From assembly GCA_043228905.1 (NCBI GenBank), contig JBHGNT010000010.1, forward strand, positions 8,928,001 through 8,992,000: a DNA stretch of 64,000 nt, read 5' to 3'. This document shows, in pieces, positions 47,912 through 61,200 of this stretch. Under the pieces are notes generated by a model. That model was not told the DNA's origin. It searched no databases and worked only from the letters and a program-made list of their open reading frames with translations. The DNA is from Azolla caroliniana (lineage: Eukaryota; Plantae; Polypodiophyta). How positions within the stretch are numbered: position 1 is the first letter of the stretch; every line of letters begins with the position of its first letter. The position numbers and the translations under genes are program-made.

Positions 47912-50900
47912 CCTCTCCAAATGATCCTCGGCACCAGGATTGGTAGGTAGCTTCGGGGGTCGATCACAGACTAGCGAGGATGAGAACTAGTATAAGCGTA
48001 AAATGGGGAGACCCGAGTCGAGGAGTGAATAGCATTATTATAAGCAAACTCCGCAAAGTGGAGAATATCAGCCCAATCGTCTTGCTGATAGCTCAGAAAA
48101 CACTGGAGATATTGTTCCAGCGTTTGATTTGTTCGTTCTACCTGCCCATCGGTCTTGGGATGGTAGCCGGAGGAGAGGTTACAAGACACCTTGAGTATCT
48201 TGAAGAGGTGCTTCCAAAATTTGGAGACGAATTGAGGTCATTGGTCACTAATGATACTATTTAGGAGGCCATGATGCCGAAATACCTCATGCATGACAAG
48301 GGCAACAGTTTCCTCACTAGTGATGGCCTTAGTACACGACACAAAATGTGCCATCTTAGTATATCGATCGACGACGGTTAAGATAGAATTGAAACCCTTC
48401 GAGACCGGCATATCTGTGATAAAATCAAGACAAATAGACTGCCATGGCTTACTTGGAATGGGTAAGGGTTCCAACAAGCCATATGGATGATGTGCCATAT
48501 GGATGATGTCGTGGCATCTTTGCTCGACAGTAAGCATCACAAGTCCGAACGTAGTCGTTGACAAAACGTCGCATATGGGGCCACCAAAAAAGATCGTTGA
48601 ACTAGATCCAACGTCTTCGTACTACTGAAATGTCCCGATGTATAGGTGTCGTGACAATTTTGGACGATTTGAAGGCGACATGAGCAATCGGGAACATATA
48701 CGAGCTTTTTAAAGAACAATAAACCATCATGATATTTGAATTGTCGGTAGTCCATACCGGGTTGTTGAGACTGGGAGCAGGATGCCCGAGAGGTATTAAT
48801 GTGCGCTAGAATGGCTTGAGCAAAACTCTTCGTCTTCAAGTTAGCACGTATGGCATCGATAATCTGGGAATCTAGTGGAGTGTGAAAAATCCGCGTTGTG
48901 TGCAAACGTGTTCGTCCCAAGATTACTTGCTTTTGATTATCAAACGCTGGATCACTAGGAGGAGGTGCAAGATATGAACGCTGCAATAGTGCATCTACTT
49001 TTCCTTGCTACTTCCCCGGCCGATATGTGATTTTGAAGTCAAAACGCGTGAGGAATTGGGCCCACCGAGCTTGTCGTTGATTTAGTACACGAGCGTTTTG
49101 GAAATAAGCAAGATTTTTGTGATCACTGAAGACGATGACCTGATGTGGAGAGCCCTCTAAGAAGTGCCGCCATTGCACAAATGAATCCATGATGGCTAAT
49201 AACTCCTTGTCATGTATCTCGTAGTTGATTTCTGCGGCATCAAATTTGCGCGAATGGAAAGCCACAAGATGTAACTCTTCTTTATCTCCTTGTTGAGAAA
49301 GGATGCTACCGAGGGCGAAATCCAATGCGTCGGCCTCCATGATGAATGGTTTGTTTGTATCCACATGAGCTAGAATAGGAGTTGATGTAAAGGCTTTCCT
49401 AAGATTCCTAAAAGCCATGTCGGCTTCATTGGACCAAAGAAATGTCTGTCCCTTCTTCCTTCTTCGTAAGTTGTGTGAGAGGTAAAATAATCTTCGAGTA
49501 ATATTGTATAAACTTGCGGTAGAAGTTAGCAAAACCTAGGAAACATTGTACATCTCGTAATGAACGTGGAGTTTGCCACTCTAGCACATTTTTGCCTTTA
49601 GCCGGATCCATGGAGATGCCCTTTGAGGGGATGACGTAGCCTAGAAATTCCACTTGCTTGCAGTCAAAGCTACATTTTTCTAGTTTGGCATAAAGACCAT
49701 TCTCTCGGAGTCATTTTAGTACTAATAGTACATGAGAATCATGCTCTTCCTAGGTCTTCGAATAAATCAATAGATCATCTAGATAGATGATCAAACAGAT
49801 ATCCAAGAGGTCTTTGAATATATCATTTTCCATGTGCTAGAAAACTGCGGGCGTATTGCTTAGACCGAACAACATAACGATATACTCGAAATGCCCATAC
49901 CGCGTGCGAAAGGCAGTCTTCCATTCGTCTCCCAGTCAGATCCACACGAGGTTATACGCTCCTCGTAGATCGATTTTTGTAAAAAACTTGGCACCTCGTA
50001 GATCGATTTTTGTAAAAGACTTGATATAAGAGGAAGTGCATACCTATTCCTGATGGTGACCTTATTCAAGCCGCGGTAATCAACGACGAGACGAAGTGAT
50101 CCATCTTTCTTCTTGACAAAGAAGATGGGTGCACCGGCCAGAGATTTCGAATGACGAATAAACCCGCTTGCCAAGTTCTCCTCTATGTAGGCTCGAAGGA
50201 CTTCTAACTCGGTTGGTGACAAGTTGTAAATTGGTCCCCATGGTGGCTCAGTTCCTGGTTGTAAATCGATGAGACAATCGTAGGGACGATGATGAGGAAG
50301 AGTACCAGCTTTTACCTTGTCAAATACATTGGCATAAGGATGATATTTCGCCAAAAGTTGCACTAAGGATTCCTTCTTAATATTGCTGGAAGGATGTACT
50401 GATATTGCAAATAGAAACATTGCCTCCTTGTGTCCTTCTTCGTGTAATTGATGGAGTGAAATGGTCAAAACTTGATGAGTAGATTCTTGGGGTTGTCCAT
50501 AACAGACTTCTCTTGTTCTCCAATCTATGTTTGGATTATGTAATTCAAACCAAGGTAATCCCAGGACAATGGGATGCTCTGGACTACTAATTACATTAAA
50601 TGATACCACACACACAAAACTACCTAGGAAAAACTGAACAAGTATACTATTGTCTGCAATGCTTCAACCTAGAATTCCAGCGTCAGTTTGGATTTCCAGA
50701 GCATTGTCGTCACCCTTTCTTGGATTGTCCGGTTCATTCGTTCCACCGCGCCATTTTGCATGGGGTTATAAGGAACGATCTTTTGGTGTTAGATACCTTT
50801 GTCGGATAGGTACTGTTTGAAGGCGCCTTTTCTTGCAACAACTTTTCTTTTTCTTCCTTCAATCGGTCATATGCTTGATGACCCTTCCGTAGATTGTCCT

Positions 50901-51097
50901 CGGCTTTTCGGAGGTTCTCTGTCGTTTTCCGTTGTTCTTCCTCCGCCGCCTTCTTCAGGTTTCGTTCTCTAGCCCTTAAGGCCTCTTGGGCTGCTAATTC
51001 CTCTCCTAGAGTGGTGAGTTCTTGTTCTTGTGCCTTATTCGTATCTAGTGCTATTTCAGTTACCGGCGTCTTATTGGTCTGTTCATTCACTGGAGCC

Positions 51098-51468
51098 TGT
51101 TGTATGTATGGCTGGACTAGCCGCAACACAGGTGTCTATCCGACACTTCTCCAAAGGGGTGGTAGGGATAGGATGTTAATACACGCGTATGATAATTACA
51201 CTTAAGCACAGACGAAGACAAGATTAAGAAGCATAAGCAAAACTATATTAATTCTTCGCCACTTCATTACAAAACATCGGATCCTTTTATAGGCATCCGG
51301 CCAGATTACAATCGGTGCTCGGTAGGCAACCGTTAACCGAAACCGAATCGGTTCGGATCCGGATCGGTTACAACTACCGGATCCGTCCCTCCTAATAATT
51401 CTATTCCTATTTCTATATTTATCCGATCCGACCTTGCTTCCCCATTTGCCTTCTCTGACCGGCCAACA
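51098..51468 (-). mobile_element. Solo LTR (371 bp) related to element A LTRs
   Basis: TGTTG...CAACA, perfect TSD GAGCC, shares the GACACTTC.CCAAAGGG and AACACGCGTA-like blocks. Confidence 0.9.
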
Positions 51469-52168
51469 GAGCCATCGGTTTTGGTAGTATTGGTCCTTCT
51501 ATGACGTGCTTAGCCACCTTTGCTTTGGCCTGCACAATTTCTTCTTCCATGCTCTGGATCCTCGATCGGGCCTTCTCAAGTTCTTTGGTTGTGGCGGACA
51601 ACCGGTCCCCTTATGCTCTCTCCTCCATTTCTATTTGGCACACGACCTCGGCCACCTGTTCGCCGATCCACCGTAGCCATTGACTGCCGGTGCCTTATTG
51701 TCATTCCGGTTTTGGTTGTGGCGTGGCCTGTTTTCTCGCCGGAAGCCCTTTTTGGATTGTTGTCTGTAGCGACAACTCCTGCTCTTGCTGTGCCTGCTGC
51801 CTCGGTGAGGTAGGCAATTCAATTACCGGTTCTTGAACCACTGGCACTGTTGCTTCTTGCCGCACAGGTAACTCTTTCATCGGCTCTGGTTGAACTGGAT
51901 CCGCCTCCTTCCTTTGCTACGGTCCCTTGGAACGGGGTGTCAGTGCATTGTCCTTCACCGAACCCGATTCGTTCCCCTTCTACTCCGCATCGCTACGCTT
52001 CTGGCGACATAGGAGGTTATCAACGGGGTCTTCCTCCGCCTCCTCCTCTTGGGTTCTGATATTGATCTTCGTTGCCAAGGGGTCCGGCTCTTGTTCCTGT
52101 CGGCGTAGCTTGATTTTAAGAGGCCTTACTGGTGTCTCCATCTCTACTTGCCTCTTCCGGCTAGGCGG

Positions 52169-53326
52169 TGTCACGAAAATACGACGAGGATACATGAACT
52201 TGAGGTAGGACCCCGGGGCCTCCAACCGGAAGATATCAGATTCGTGCTTTTATATTTTTAACAATTAATGGAAATAAGAAAGATTGACAAATTTCATTAA
52301 CAAATAGAAAGAAAGATTACAATCAATCCCAAGATTGGGATTACAAAAGTTTAGTTTATGGAGATTACTAGAATAATAGATTAGAAGAAACTAAATATGG
52401 ATTCAATAAAAATTTAGGGTTTTTGGCTTTGATAAGAGATTTTAGATTTTGAGAGATATGGCTTGCATAGGGAATTTTAGGGTTTTTGGCTTTCGTAAGG
52501 AAATTTAGGGTTTATGAGAGTTATGGCTTCCGTAGGGAAATTAGGGTTTATAAGAGATATGGCTCCCCTAAGATAAGGGAGCTGAGAAGGAAAAGAAAAT
52601 TAATGGAGAGAGTGAGTGTAAAAAAAAGATGGAATTTTATATGGAGTTCCCAGTTGATCATATGCATGTCCACTTTTTGTTGCATGGCCTCTACTTTTAG
52701 TTGCTTCTAGCCTTTTCTTTTAGTTGCATCTATTTTTAGTTGCATTCCTTTTTCTTTTAGTTGCATGCGACCGTCCACATGACCTTTACTTTAGTTTTAT
52801 TCACTTCACTTTAATTAGCCACATGATCCTTTTATCCATTCGGTTTGAGTCCAGCCTCGTCCGGTCGCCGATTTCGTTCAGTCACCGATTGTCGCCGCCG
52901 GTTCCGGTTTGCTTACCAACCGATTTCCGGTTTTGCTCACTGGCCCGATTCCAATTTTGCTTATCGACCGGTTTCCGATTTTGCTTACCGGCCCGGTTCC
53001 AGATTGCTTACCAGCTCGGTTCCAGTTTTACTTACTAGCCGGTTTTCGATTTTGCTTACCGGCCGGTTTCCGGTTTTTGGGAACTTAGCCACCATCATCC
53101 ATCAAGACAGCGTGGCCAAAGTGCTCTTAGCACAAATGAAAATGAGGGGTCTCAAAGTGCTTATATAGCCAGGGCCTTAAGTCTCCTATCTATGTGGGAT
53201 AAATCATAGTTCTTTTTTCCCTATCTTCTCAAACATCCATTTTTCTATAACATGCCATTAAGCTAATATAAAGTACTTATTTTATTATTATTATTATTTA
53301 CATAGTGTGAGAAGATTCACATGACA
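52169..53326 (-). mobile_element. Solo LTR (~1.16 kb)
   Basis: TGTCA...TGACA, interrupts the A2 extra ORF, shares CTATGTGGGATA and ACCGGAAG blocks with 54199-55204. TSD poor (GCGG/ACAG). Confidence 0.75.
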
Positions 53327-54198
53327 ACAGTTCTTTCCCTTTTTGCGAGGTACTGCCCTCTTTCCATCCGGGCATGTGCTTGGCCAGGAGTTGCCGCCAT
53401 TTTGAAGGTTTGTTGGGCATGGTCTTTGTTACTCAAACCCGCTTCTTAGTCTTTACCAGCTCCACCGGGGGCGCCAAGAGAGTCAGCCATTGAGCCACGA
53501 CCGTCCATACTTTCTTGCCGTTCTGCACTGATTCTATCGCCGTCCGCAAGCAATCGGCGATGATTACTGGGCAATCCACTTGCACCCTTGTATATGTAGC
53601 AATGATGAAACCGGGCTTTGTTCTTTGGCATTGCCGGGGGTCAGGGGTACACGAACCCATACTCGTGGAGGACACGAGCCACTTCTCTGAACAGGGGGTC
53701 CTTGCCGTCTTGTGTCCGGTGAGCGTTACTAGCGAGGGAATACTCGCCAAAAAACTTGGTTAGCGTTTCAGGAGAAGGGTTCTCGATGGAGTAGATGCCC
53801 CCTTCTAGCAATCCGATTAGAGCGCGGATGGCTTCCTCCGTTATGACTTCCGTGTCGATTTTCTGCACGACTTCTTCTTCTTCATTGTGTGGCGGTGCCT
53901 CTGCTATCCTGAAGAAGCCTCCCAACCCATGTTGGTTGAACCACTTCTTGGCTATTTCAGAAAGTGCCATAGGTTCCATCTTGTCATCTGGTTTTGCGGG
54001 GGTAGGTAGGGCCGATGTGCTTGTATGTGCTTCTTGCGTCCATCAACTCACTTGTATTGTCCTTTGTGTGCTCAATGCTCTGTGTTCACAAAATGAGAGA
54101 GACTCTACGAGGCGGAGGTTTCTTGTTCCCATGCTTAACGCCTTTCTTGATTCCCGCGCATGCACGTCGTGTATTATAATAGCAACTGTGTGACACGT

Positions 54199-55204
54199 TG
54201 TCGTGAAGATCCGTCACTAGGTGGGGATCGCGAGGCGGAACCGCCGGGGTTCTAGACCGGAAGGATCAAAGTTCTCACCAAGCTTAGCGAGAAAGTATTT
54301 AGGATAGATTGAGAGAGAGAAAGAGATTAAGATTAAACGCTTGACTTAGATTGAGAAAGATTGATATGGCCAAGAGAGAGATATTGAGATTAAGATTTTA
54401 ACTCTTGATTTAAGAAACAAGATATATCATCAATGAATTTTCTTCTCATTAATTTCTTAGTTCATACCTAGATCCATAATACATTTTCATCCATCCTTTT
54501 ATAGATGCCCCCATGCATATGATGCATGTTTGCCATTTGGCGCTCGTGTATTACATGTGGTGCATGATAACCATGTCACTCATTTTAGCTCTCATGCATA
54601 AGAATTTACATGTAAAAGTTCGATGATAAAAATATAATTTTAATTAAATATCTTGGCTTAGTGGTAAGCTAATTGACTCCTAACTTAGAGGTGCAAGGTT
54701 CGAATCCTTACTTGTCCTCCTTGTATATGTATATATATTTATATATTTATTTATCTAGTCGCCGGATGCCGGTTTCCGGCTGGTTGCCGCCGGATCACCG
54801 GCTCCATCGCCGGTCTAGTTTAGGTTGGCCCAAACCTTTACGAGTGGCTAGGCCACCTCCACTCTTAGTTCAAGTTACCTTGAACTCTCTATGCTCCACA
54901 CAAAGATAATAGCTTTTGCTCTACGTTATATATGATGAGAGCCGTATTTGTCGTGCCTATGTGGGATATCTCACAGTTTTCTCTTTTCCTTTTACAAACT
55001 TTATACCCTCATATCTTGACATCTAGTTGTCCGTTTCTCGTGTAATAAAGTGCATTCGAAAGCTCTTGAAGGCCTCCATCATTTTGTACTTAGATATTAA
55101 ACTTATTTAAAATGTTATCTTCACTATTATTGTTTTATGTGATTCATACTCGATTTTGTACGTTTTATGTGATTTTCACACCATTGCCAAAAATCTTCGC
55201 GACA
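54199..55204 (-). mobile_element. Solo LTR (1006 bp) with element-B-like termini
   Basis: TGTCGTGAAGAT...ATCTTCGCGACA; flanks ACGT/ATGT; minus-strand TATAAAA near 54500. Confidence 0.8.
54651..54717 (+). pseudogene. tRNA-derived segment inside the solo LTR
   Basis: A box TGGCTTAGTGG (54654), CTCCTAA anticodon-loop-like heptamer, B box GGTTCGAATCC (54697) in a paired T-arm. The acceptor stem does not pair. Confidence 0.65.
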
Positions 55205-58200
55205 ATGTGCGCTTTAACTAGGCTTTAAATAGCCACTGCACGCCTTTTCGAGGTGTCTGTTTGCTCCTCGCCTCTACATGATGATCTTTTTTTTCTTTTT
55301 CTTCTCTTTTTTTCTTTTCTCTAGTTCCAGTTACGCGGTAACCCCGACTCCCTTGTCTGTTTTTCTTCATGGTTGCCGGCCAACTGCTTGCCGCTGCCTA
55401 TTTCTGCATTGTTCTCTGGTTGATGAAATGGGTTCTGTGGCATGGGTCCATAATATGGTTTAAGTTAGAACCCATTTACCCACTTGTCCAGCACCTCATC
55501 GTCTAGCGTTCCCAGCTGATATGATCCCTTGAACTCTCGTGTTATTCAATATGGTCCAGTCCACCGGAACCGTAACTTCCCTAGCATCTTGCCCATTCGG
55601 GTCTGGAACACTAGTACCGGCTTGCCGATTCCAAACATCTTCTTGTTGCTCGAGTTCCATCTGCATTAGGCTTGCTATTCAGTGTTCCTCCAACTCGCAT
55701 AGTGTTGCTAACCAGATTTTTTCCGACTCCTTCTCGCTTAGCCGTTCCCGGACCTGTATCCGTAAGCTTCGAATCTGGAATTCTATTGGCATCATTGCTT
55801 CGAGACCAAACGCTAACCGGAATGGTGTTGTGCGGATACTTGTTTTGTATGCCGTCTGATAAGCCCATAATGCGTTGTGCAAATTTGTATCCCAATCAAT
55901 GCGGTTCTCGTTGACAATCTTTTGGAGAATGTTTTGTAGAGTTTTATTGGTGGATTCGGCCAATCCGTTGGCCTGCGGGTAATAAGGGGTGCTTCGCTTG
56001 TGTACAACCGCATAGAATGTTGTTAGGCTTTCCACCACTTGGCTGAGGAAATGTCCACCTTGGTCGCTGATTAATTCGATTGGACATCCATACCAACACT
56101 AGATGTACTCGTACATGAAATTTGTCGTTGACGTTGCGGTATTGTCACATAGTGCTTTGGCTTCCACCCATTTTGTACAGTAATCTGTGGCGACAATTAT
56201 GTACCTATTCCCGGTGGCTTGAATGGTCCAATGAAGTCCAGCCCCCATTTCTGGAATGGCTCTAGAGGTAGTACCGGTTAGTGCAGCATGCACGCTTGTT
56301 CCGTTGTCTGGCCCATTCTTTGACACAGATCACATTCCTTCGTATATCGGACCGAGTCCTTTAGTGTCGTTGGCCACCATAAGCCACTGCGCTATATTTT
56401 CCTTGCCGTAGATTCTCCGGCATAATGTCCTCTAGCAACCCCACAATTTGCTTCCCGTAAAATCGTGTCTTTTTCATCACTCCGACCGCTCGCCGCCATA
56501 TGCCATCCACTCCTTTATGATACAGTGTATCCTGCACTAGACAAAAGTGTCGGCTTTGCACCACCAACTGTTTGCGTTCATCCCGATTCATCTCCTCTGG
56601 GGGTAGTCCGGTGCTTAAGAATTGGTGCATATTTGTTTGCCATTTGTCCTCGTCCGTGACTGTCCCTTCTACCGTGGTTTCCATTGTAATTTTAAACAAT
56701 TCGACATCCGAAAATTCATCTTGAACACCGTCACCGGTCTCTCCGGATTCTAACCGGCTCAAGTAATCGGCAACCACATGTTGTATACCCGGCCGGTGAT
56801 AGATCTCAAATTCAAATTCTTGTAATAATAATGTCCACCGAGCCAGCGTGCCGGTGAATAATGCCTTTGAGACCAAGTATAAAAGCGTTGAATGGTCTAC
56901 ATGGAATGAAAACTTGCGGCCCAACAAATAATGACGGTATTTGGTGACACTGTATATCATTCCTAGGGCTTCTCTTTCCGTAGTGGAATAATTTTGCTCT
57001 GCCTTTGACAACTTCCGGCTAGCGTAGTACACCGGCCGGTACCACTTAGGTTCGGTAAGTTGCATGAGTACGCTGCCGATTGCGATATCCGACGCGTCCA
57101 TGAAGACATGGAATTGTTTTGACCAGTCCGGGGGTTGTACCATTGGTGCTTGTGAAAACATTACCTTGAGTGCCCGGTAAGCCTTGTCCTCTTCATCCGT
57201 CCATTTAAACAATGTCCGGTGTACAGTTGCGTGTAGTGGTGTGGCGAGGTCTGCCAAGTACCGGAGCATCCGGCTATGCTACGAGATCTGTCCTAAGAAC
57301 CGGCCTAAAGCCTTGGCAGTCGTAGGTGCCGGTGCCTACAAAATAGCCTTGACCTTATCCGGGTCCACGACAATCCCTTCCTTGCTAACAATATGACCCA
57401 GCAATGTGCCGTTGGTCACACCGAAGATGCATTTTGCCGGGTTTAAGCTTAATTGGTATCCTCTGCACTTTTCTAAGCATAACTTGAGATGGTCAAGATG
57501 TTCCCCTTTCCGGCTATATACTATGAAGTCATCCAGAAATACCTGCATAAATGTCGGTATGAATTCTCCAAATATTTCCATAATAATCCTCTGAAAGGTT
57601 GTCGGCGCCGTCTTGAGTATGAACATCATTACAACTGCTACAAAGACTCCCCATTCTGTCACGAACGCCATCTTTTCTTGATCGTCCGGGCGCATTCTTA
57701 TTTGGTTATATCCGCTGAAACCATCGAGGAAGCTAGAAACCTCGTGCCTGTCTACCGCGTCTAAAACTCCATCCGTAAACGGAAGCGAAAATGCGTTGGT
57801 GATCATTGATGCGTTCAATTTCCAGTAATCCACGCAGACACGGATCTTCCCATTCTTCTTCGGCACTACAACAATTGGACTTAGCCAAGTGGCTTTCTTC
57901 ACCAACCGGATAAAGTCGACTCGGAGTAGCTTGTCAATTTCCTCCTTTACTCTTGCCACGTAGTTTGGGTTCATTCGATAGCGTCTCTGTGCCACCGGCT
58001 TAGCGTCCTTGCTGAGGTGAATCTGGTGTTGATAGAGTTGGGGGTCAAGTCCCCGCATATCTTCGTAGGACCAGGCGAATACGTCCCGGAATTCTTTTAA
58101 TAATGTTATCATTACTGATTTGTCTTCCGATGACATCTTCTTGGCCACGTGTACCAGATGCGCTTCCTCTCTAGTGCCCAAATTTACTTCTTCTAGTTGG

Positions 58201-61200
58201 GATGCCTTTACTCGTTGGGATACCGCCATTTCCCGTTCGAAGGCCTCTTGTGCTTGCCACAGTTCCCAGATTGCATCCTTATCCGGTTCCTCACCGGCCT
58301 CTTCCGTTTGCACAATGTATGGAGATACCACTTCTGCCACGTCCACTTCGAATAGAGGGACTATCCTTGGGTTCTCTTCAAGGTAGCGATCCACCTCCTC
58401 GTCGGCCAGTCCTGCCAGCATGTTCACGCTTTCGGCATATAGTGGGGTTACGTCTTTGTCGAGGCTTGGTTGCGGTTGCGTGGGTACTCTTACTTTCGTT
58501 TTCCCTATTCGGAACGTAATATTGTTCTTCTACCAGTTTTGTTTGATATGGGCAGTCCTTAGCCATGGTCGTCCCAGCAGCAGTGGGTATGACCCTTGTG
58601 CGTTCAACTGGAGGACTACCACAGAAATTCGGAAAGCATGGCCTCTAATCGTCACCTCCAAGTCCCAGATCAAGCCGGTCGGTCGGACTGAGCTGGTGTC
58701 CGCCATTTGGAGCCAGAATGGGCATGGTTCCCACTCCTGAATTCCCAAAGTGTCGCATGTCAGGAGGCTTATCACGTTTACTCCTGATCCTCCATCGACT
58801 ATCGTACCCGGTAGCTCTCGTCCTTTAATAATCGCAGTGATTATCAGACTGCTGGTGTCCACCACTATCGGTCCTTCCTCCAATTTTGAAAAGAATGCCG
58901 GAGCCAATGCAGGACTTAACGGAACCAACGCTGATTTCAACCCGTCGATGAACCGGGGCACTAGTTGTAGTAATCGGCCCAGTGGTAACGTGATTTGGCA
59001 TTCCTAAAGTGCTTGCCACGTGGGGTTCTCTGGCTGTGCCTTTTCAGTAAGTTCCCGTTACCGCTCGGTTAGGTTCTTCTGTTCTTCTTTGTTCCGGTTG
59101 GGCGCTACTTATGCCTCTATCTGGCTCTCGTTGGTACTCTTTTGCCGGCTCCCGACGATCCTCTTTCCGAGAGTTCTGCTTCTTAATAAAGCGTCGATTG
59201 TTCTTGTAACCTTGTCGGTGCTGGTCTTCATAGTCTCCTCGTTGATCCTCTCCCCTCTAGTTGTAGCTTGGAGAGTAATCGCGATCATACCAGTCACTGT
59301 TATAATCCTGGTTCCTATCGTACCGGTCCCGGTCATAAGCATCCCTTCTCTGGTCGTAATCCGGGGAGTAGTCTTGTTCATACCGATCTCGGTTGTAGCC
59401 TTCCCTCCGTCGGTCGTCGCGATCACACCCATAGTCGTCGCGTCTTCTATCATTGTATCGATCCCCATGTTCTGGTCGGTATCGGTCCTCCCTCTGGAAC
59501 CATTCGTCGTCCGATTCGTGATTGCTACGTGGTTCAATGATCCGCACCGGTGCCGCTTGTCAGTTGAGCAGGTTGTACTCGCATCGGTCCGTTGCGTGTG
59601 CTCGTGAGTGGCAGATCATATATTGCGTCCTCATTGTGCTGTCTACCGTCGAATGGCCTGGGTTTAGACATGTTGTGCATTGCAATGCCTGGCGAAACCT
59701 GAGATCCTCCTTATTTGGGAGAGCCCTATGCAGGGCTCCCATCGTCATCATGGAGCTATGTTTATCCATTTCTAGCACCCGATCGATGACTTGATCCATT
59801 GTGCTGGCCTGGAAATCTAGTACCTTGCACATCATTCGGAGGGGTTCTTGTAGAGCGGCCAGAAACACTGCTTTCGCCTCCTCCTTCGGAGGTGCCCTTG
59901 TTAATTGGTTGTGTAGTGTTTGAAATTGGATGATAAATTGGGGCATCGTCTCCTGCTCCTCTTGGTGGGTTGTGTAAAACTGACTGACCAGTTCGCGTTG
60001 TTCCACTTGCCTATGGAATAATCGGAGGAATTTTGTTTTCAAGGCCTCAAATGTGGCAAAGCTTCTGGGTAGGTGCTTTGTGTGCCAGCGGGCCGTTGGT
60101 CCCTCTAATGTCATGCCGAATTCGGCAATTTTTGACCGTTTGGCTTCCGGTTCGGTCAGCCTTTGGGATACATGATTTGCTTCCCATGTTTGTAGGAATG
60201 CATAGACATGTGCCTCTGCGTCAGGGTCATCACGGTACTTCGGATACGGGTACGGCATGGTGTAGTCTTCAGGAGGTTGTACCGGAGATGTGTGGTCTAG
60301 TTCTTGCTCTACGGGTGGTGTTGATGCGCGGTTTTCTGCTTCCTCCGCGGGTGGTGTTGGTGCGCGGTTTCCCGCTTTCTCCGCGGGTGGTGTCGATGAG
60401 TCGTCCGATTCGTCGTCCCCCAGATCATCCAGAGTATCATGGCTGCTTTTGTAATTCGACTAAACGCTTTGTTCACTATCCAATTCTGACTCTAAGGCCG
60501 AGAATGCCTCCGAGTCTCCATTGCCTTTGGCAAGCGTCCGCAGTCGCAATTCTACCTCTCGCAGGCTCGTCAAACTACTGCCCTCGTCGGAAAGTTGTTG
60601 TTTTTGGAACCAAAGTGCTTCTTCCGCGACCCTTCGAAGCACTCTAGGAAAAGACCGATCCTATTGGATCTCCTTGGCCGCTTGCTGGAAGGCTTCCCAC
60701 CTTTGCTGTCTTTCGGCTAGTCTTCTTCCTCGATTGGTGACTTGGTCGTTAGTCGGTCAAGACATCCATCCCCCAGTGTTCTCTGCTCACTGCAGGAATT
60801 GTGGTCGCCAAAAACTGTGTTATCCTTTAGGCTGGACAAGCCCTAACATAGGGTGTCCCTATGGAACACTTCACCAAAGGGTGGTACAGTGAGATATGGA
60901 TGGACCGTGGTATCAAATAGGTCTTAACTAGTTACTAACTGGCACTGTTAATGATCGTAACACACGCGTAAGATTAATTATATTAAGCACAGAACGATAA
61001 CCAAATAGACACTAAACAATATGTAAAACAACAACTCTTCTATTAATTATCCATCCCTGATTACATTCTTGTCGGGTCCTTTTATAGGTCTCCAGTTGAG
61101 TTACAAACCGGTGTCAATCGGCAACCAACAACAATCCGGTTCGTATCTGAATCGGCATACCGATTCTGGTCCGTCCGCCCACTTCTCAAAATAACATAAT

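Larger units (their letters stand above)
46625..50620 (-). mobile_element. Chromovirus (Tcn1-like Ty3/Gypsy), 5' truncated
   Basis: 3' LTR 46625-47080 (TGTCATGA...TCATGACA), PPT, PR end [52 protein letters not shown], chromodomain EYEV..YYLVDWLGY..TWEP. Confidence 0.9.

Noticed and set aside
54651-54717. Functional tRNA gene
   Set aside because: Acceptor and anticodon stems do not pair, and it lies inside an LTR. Kept only as a tRNA-derived cassette.
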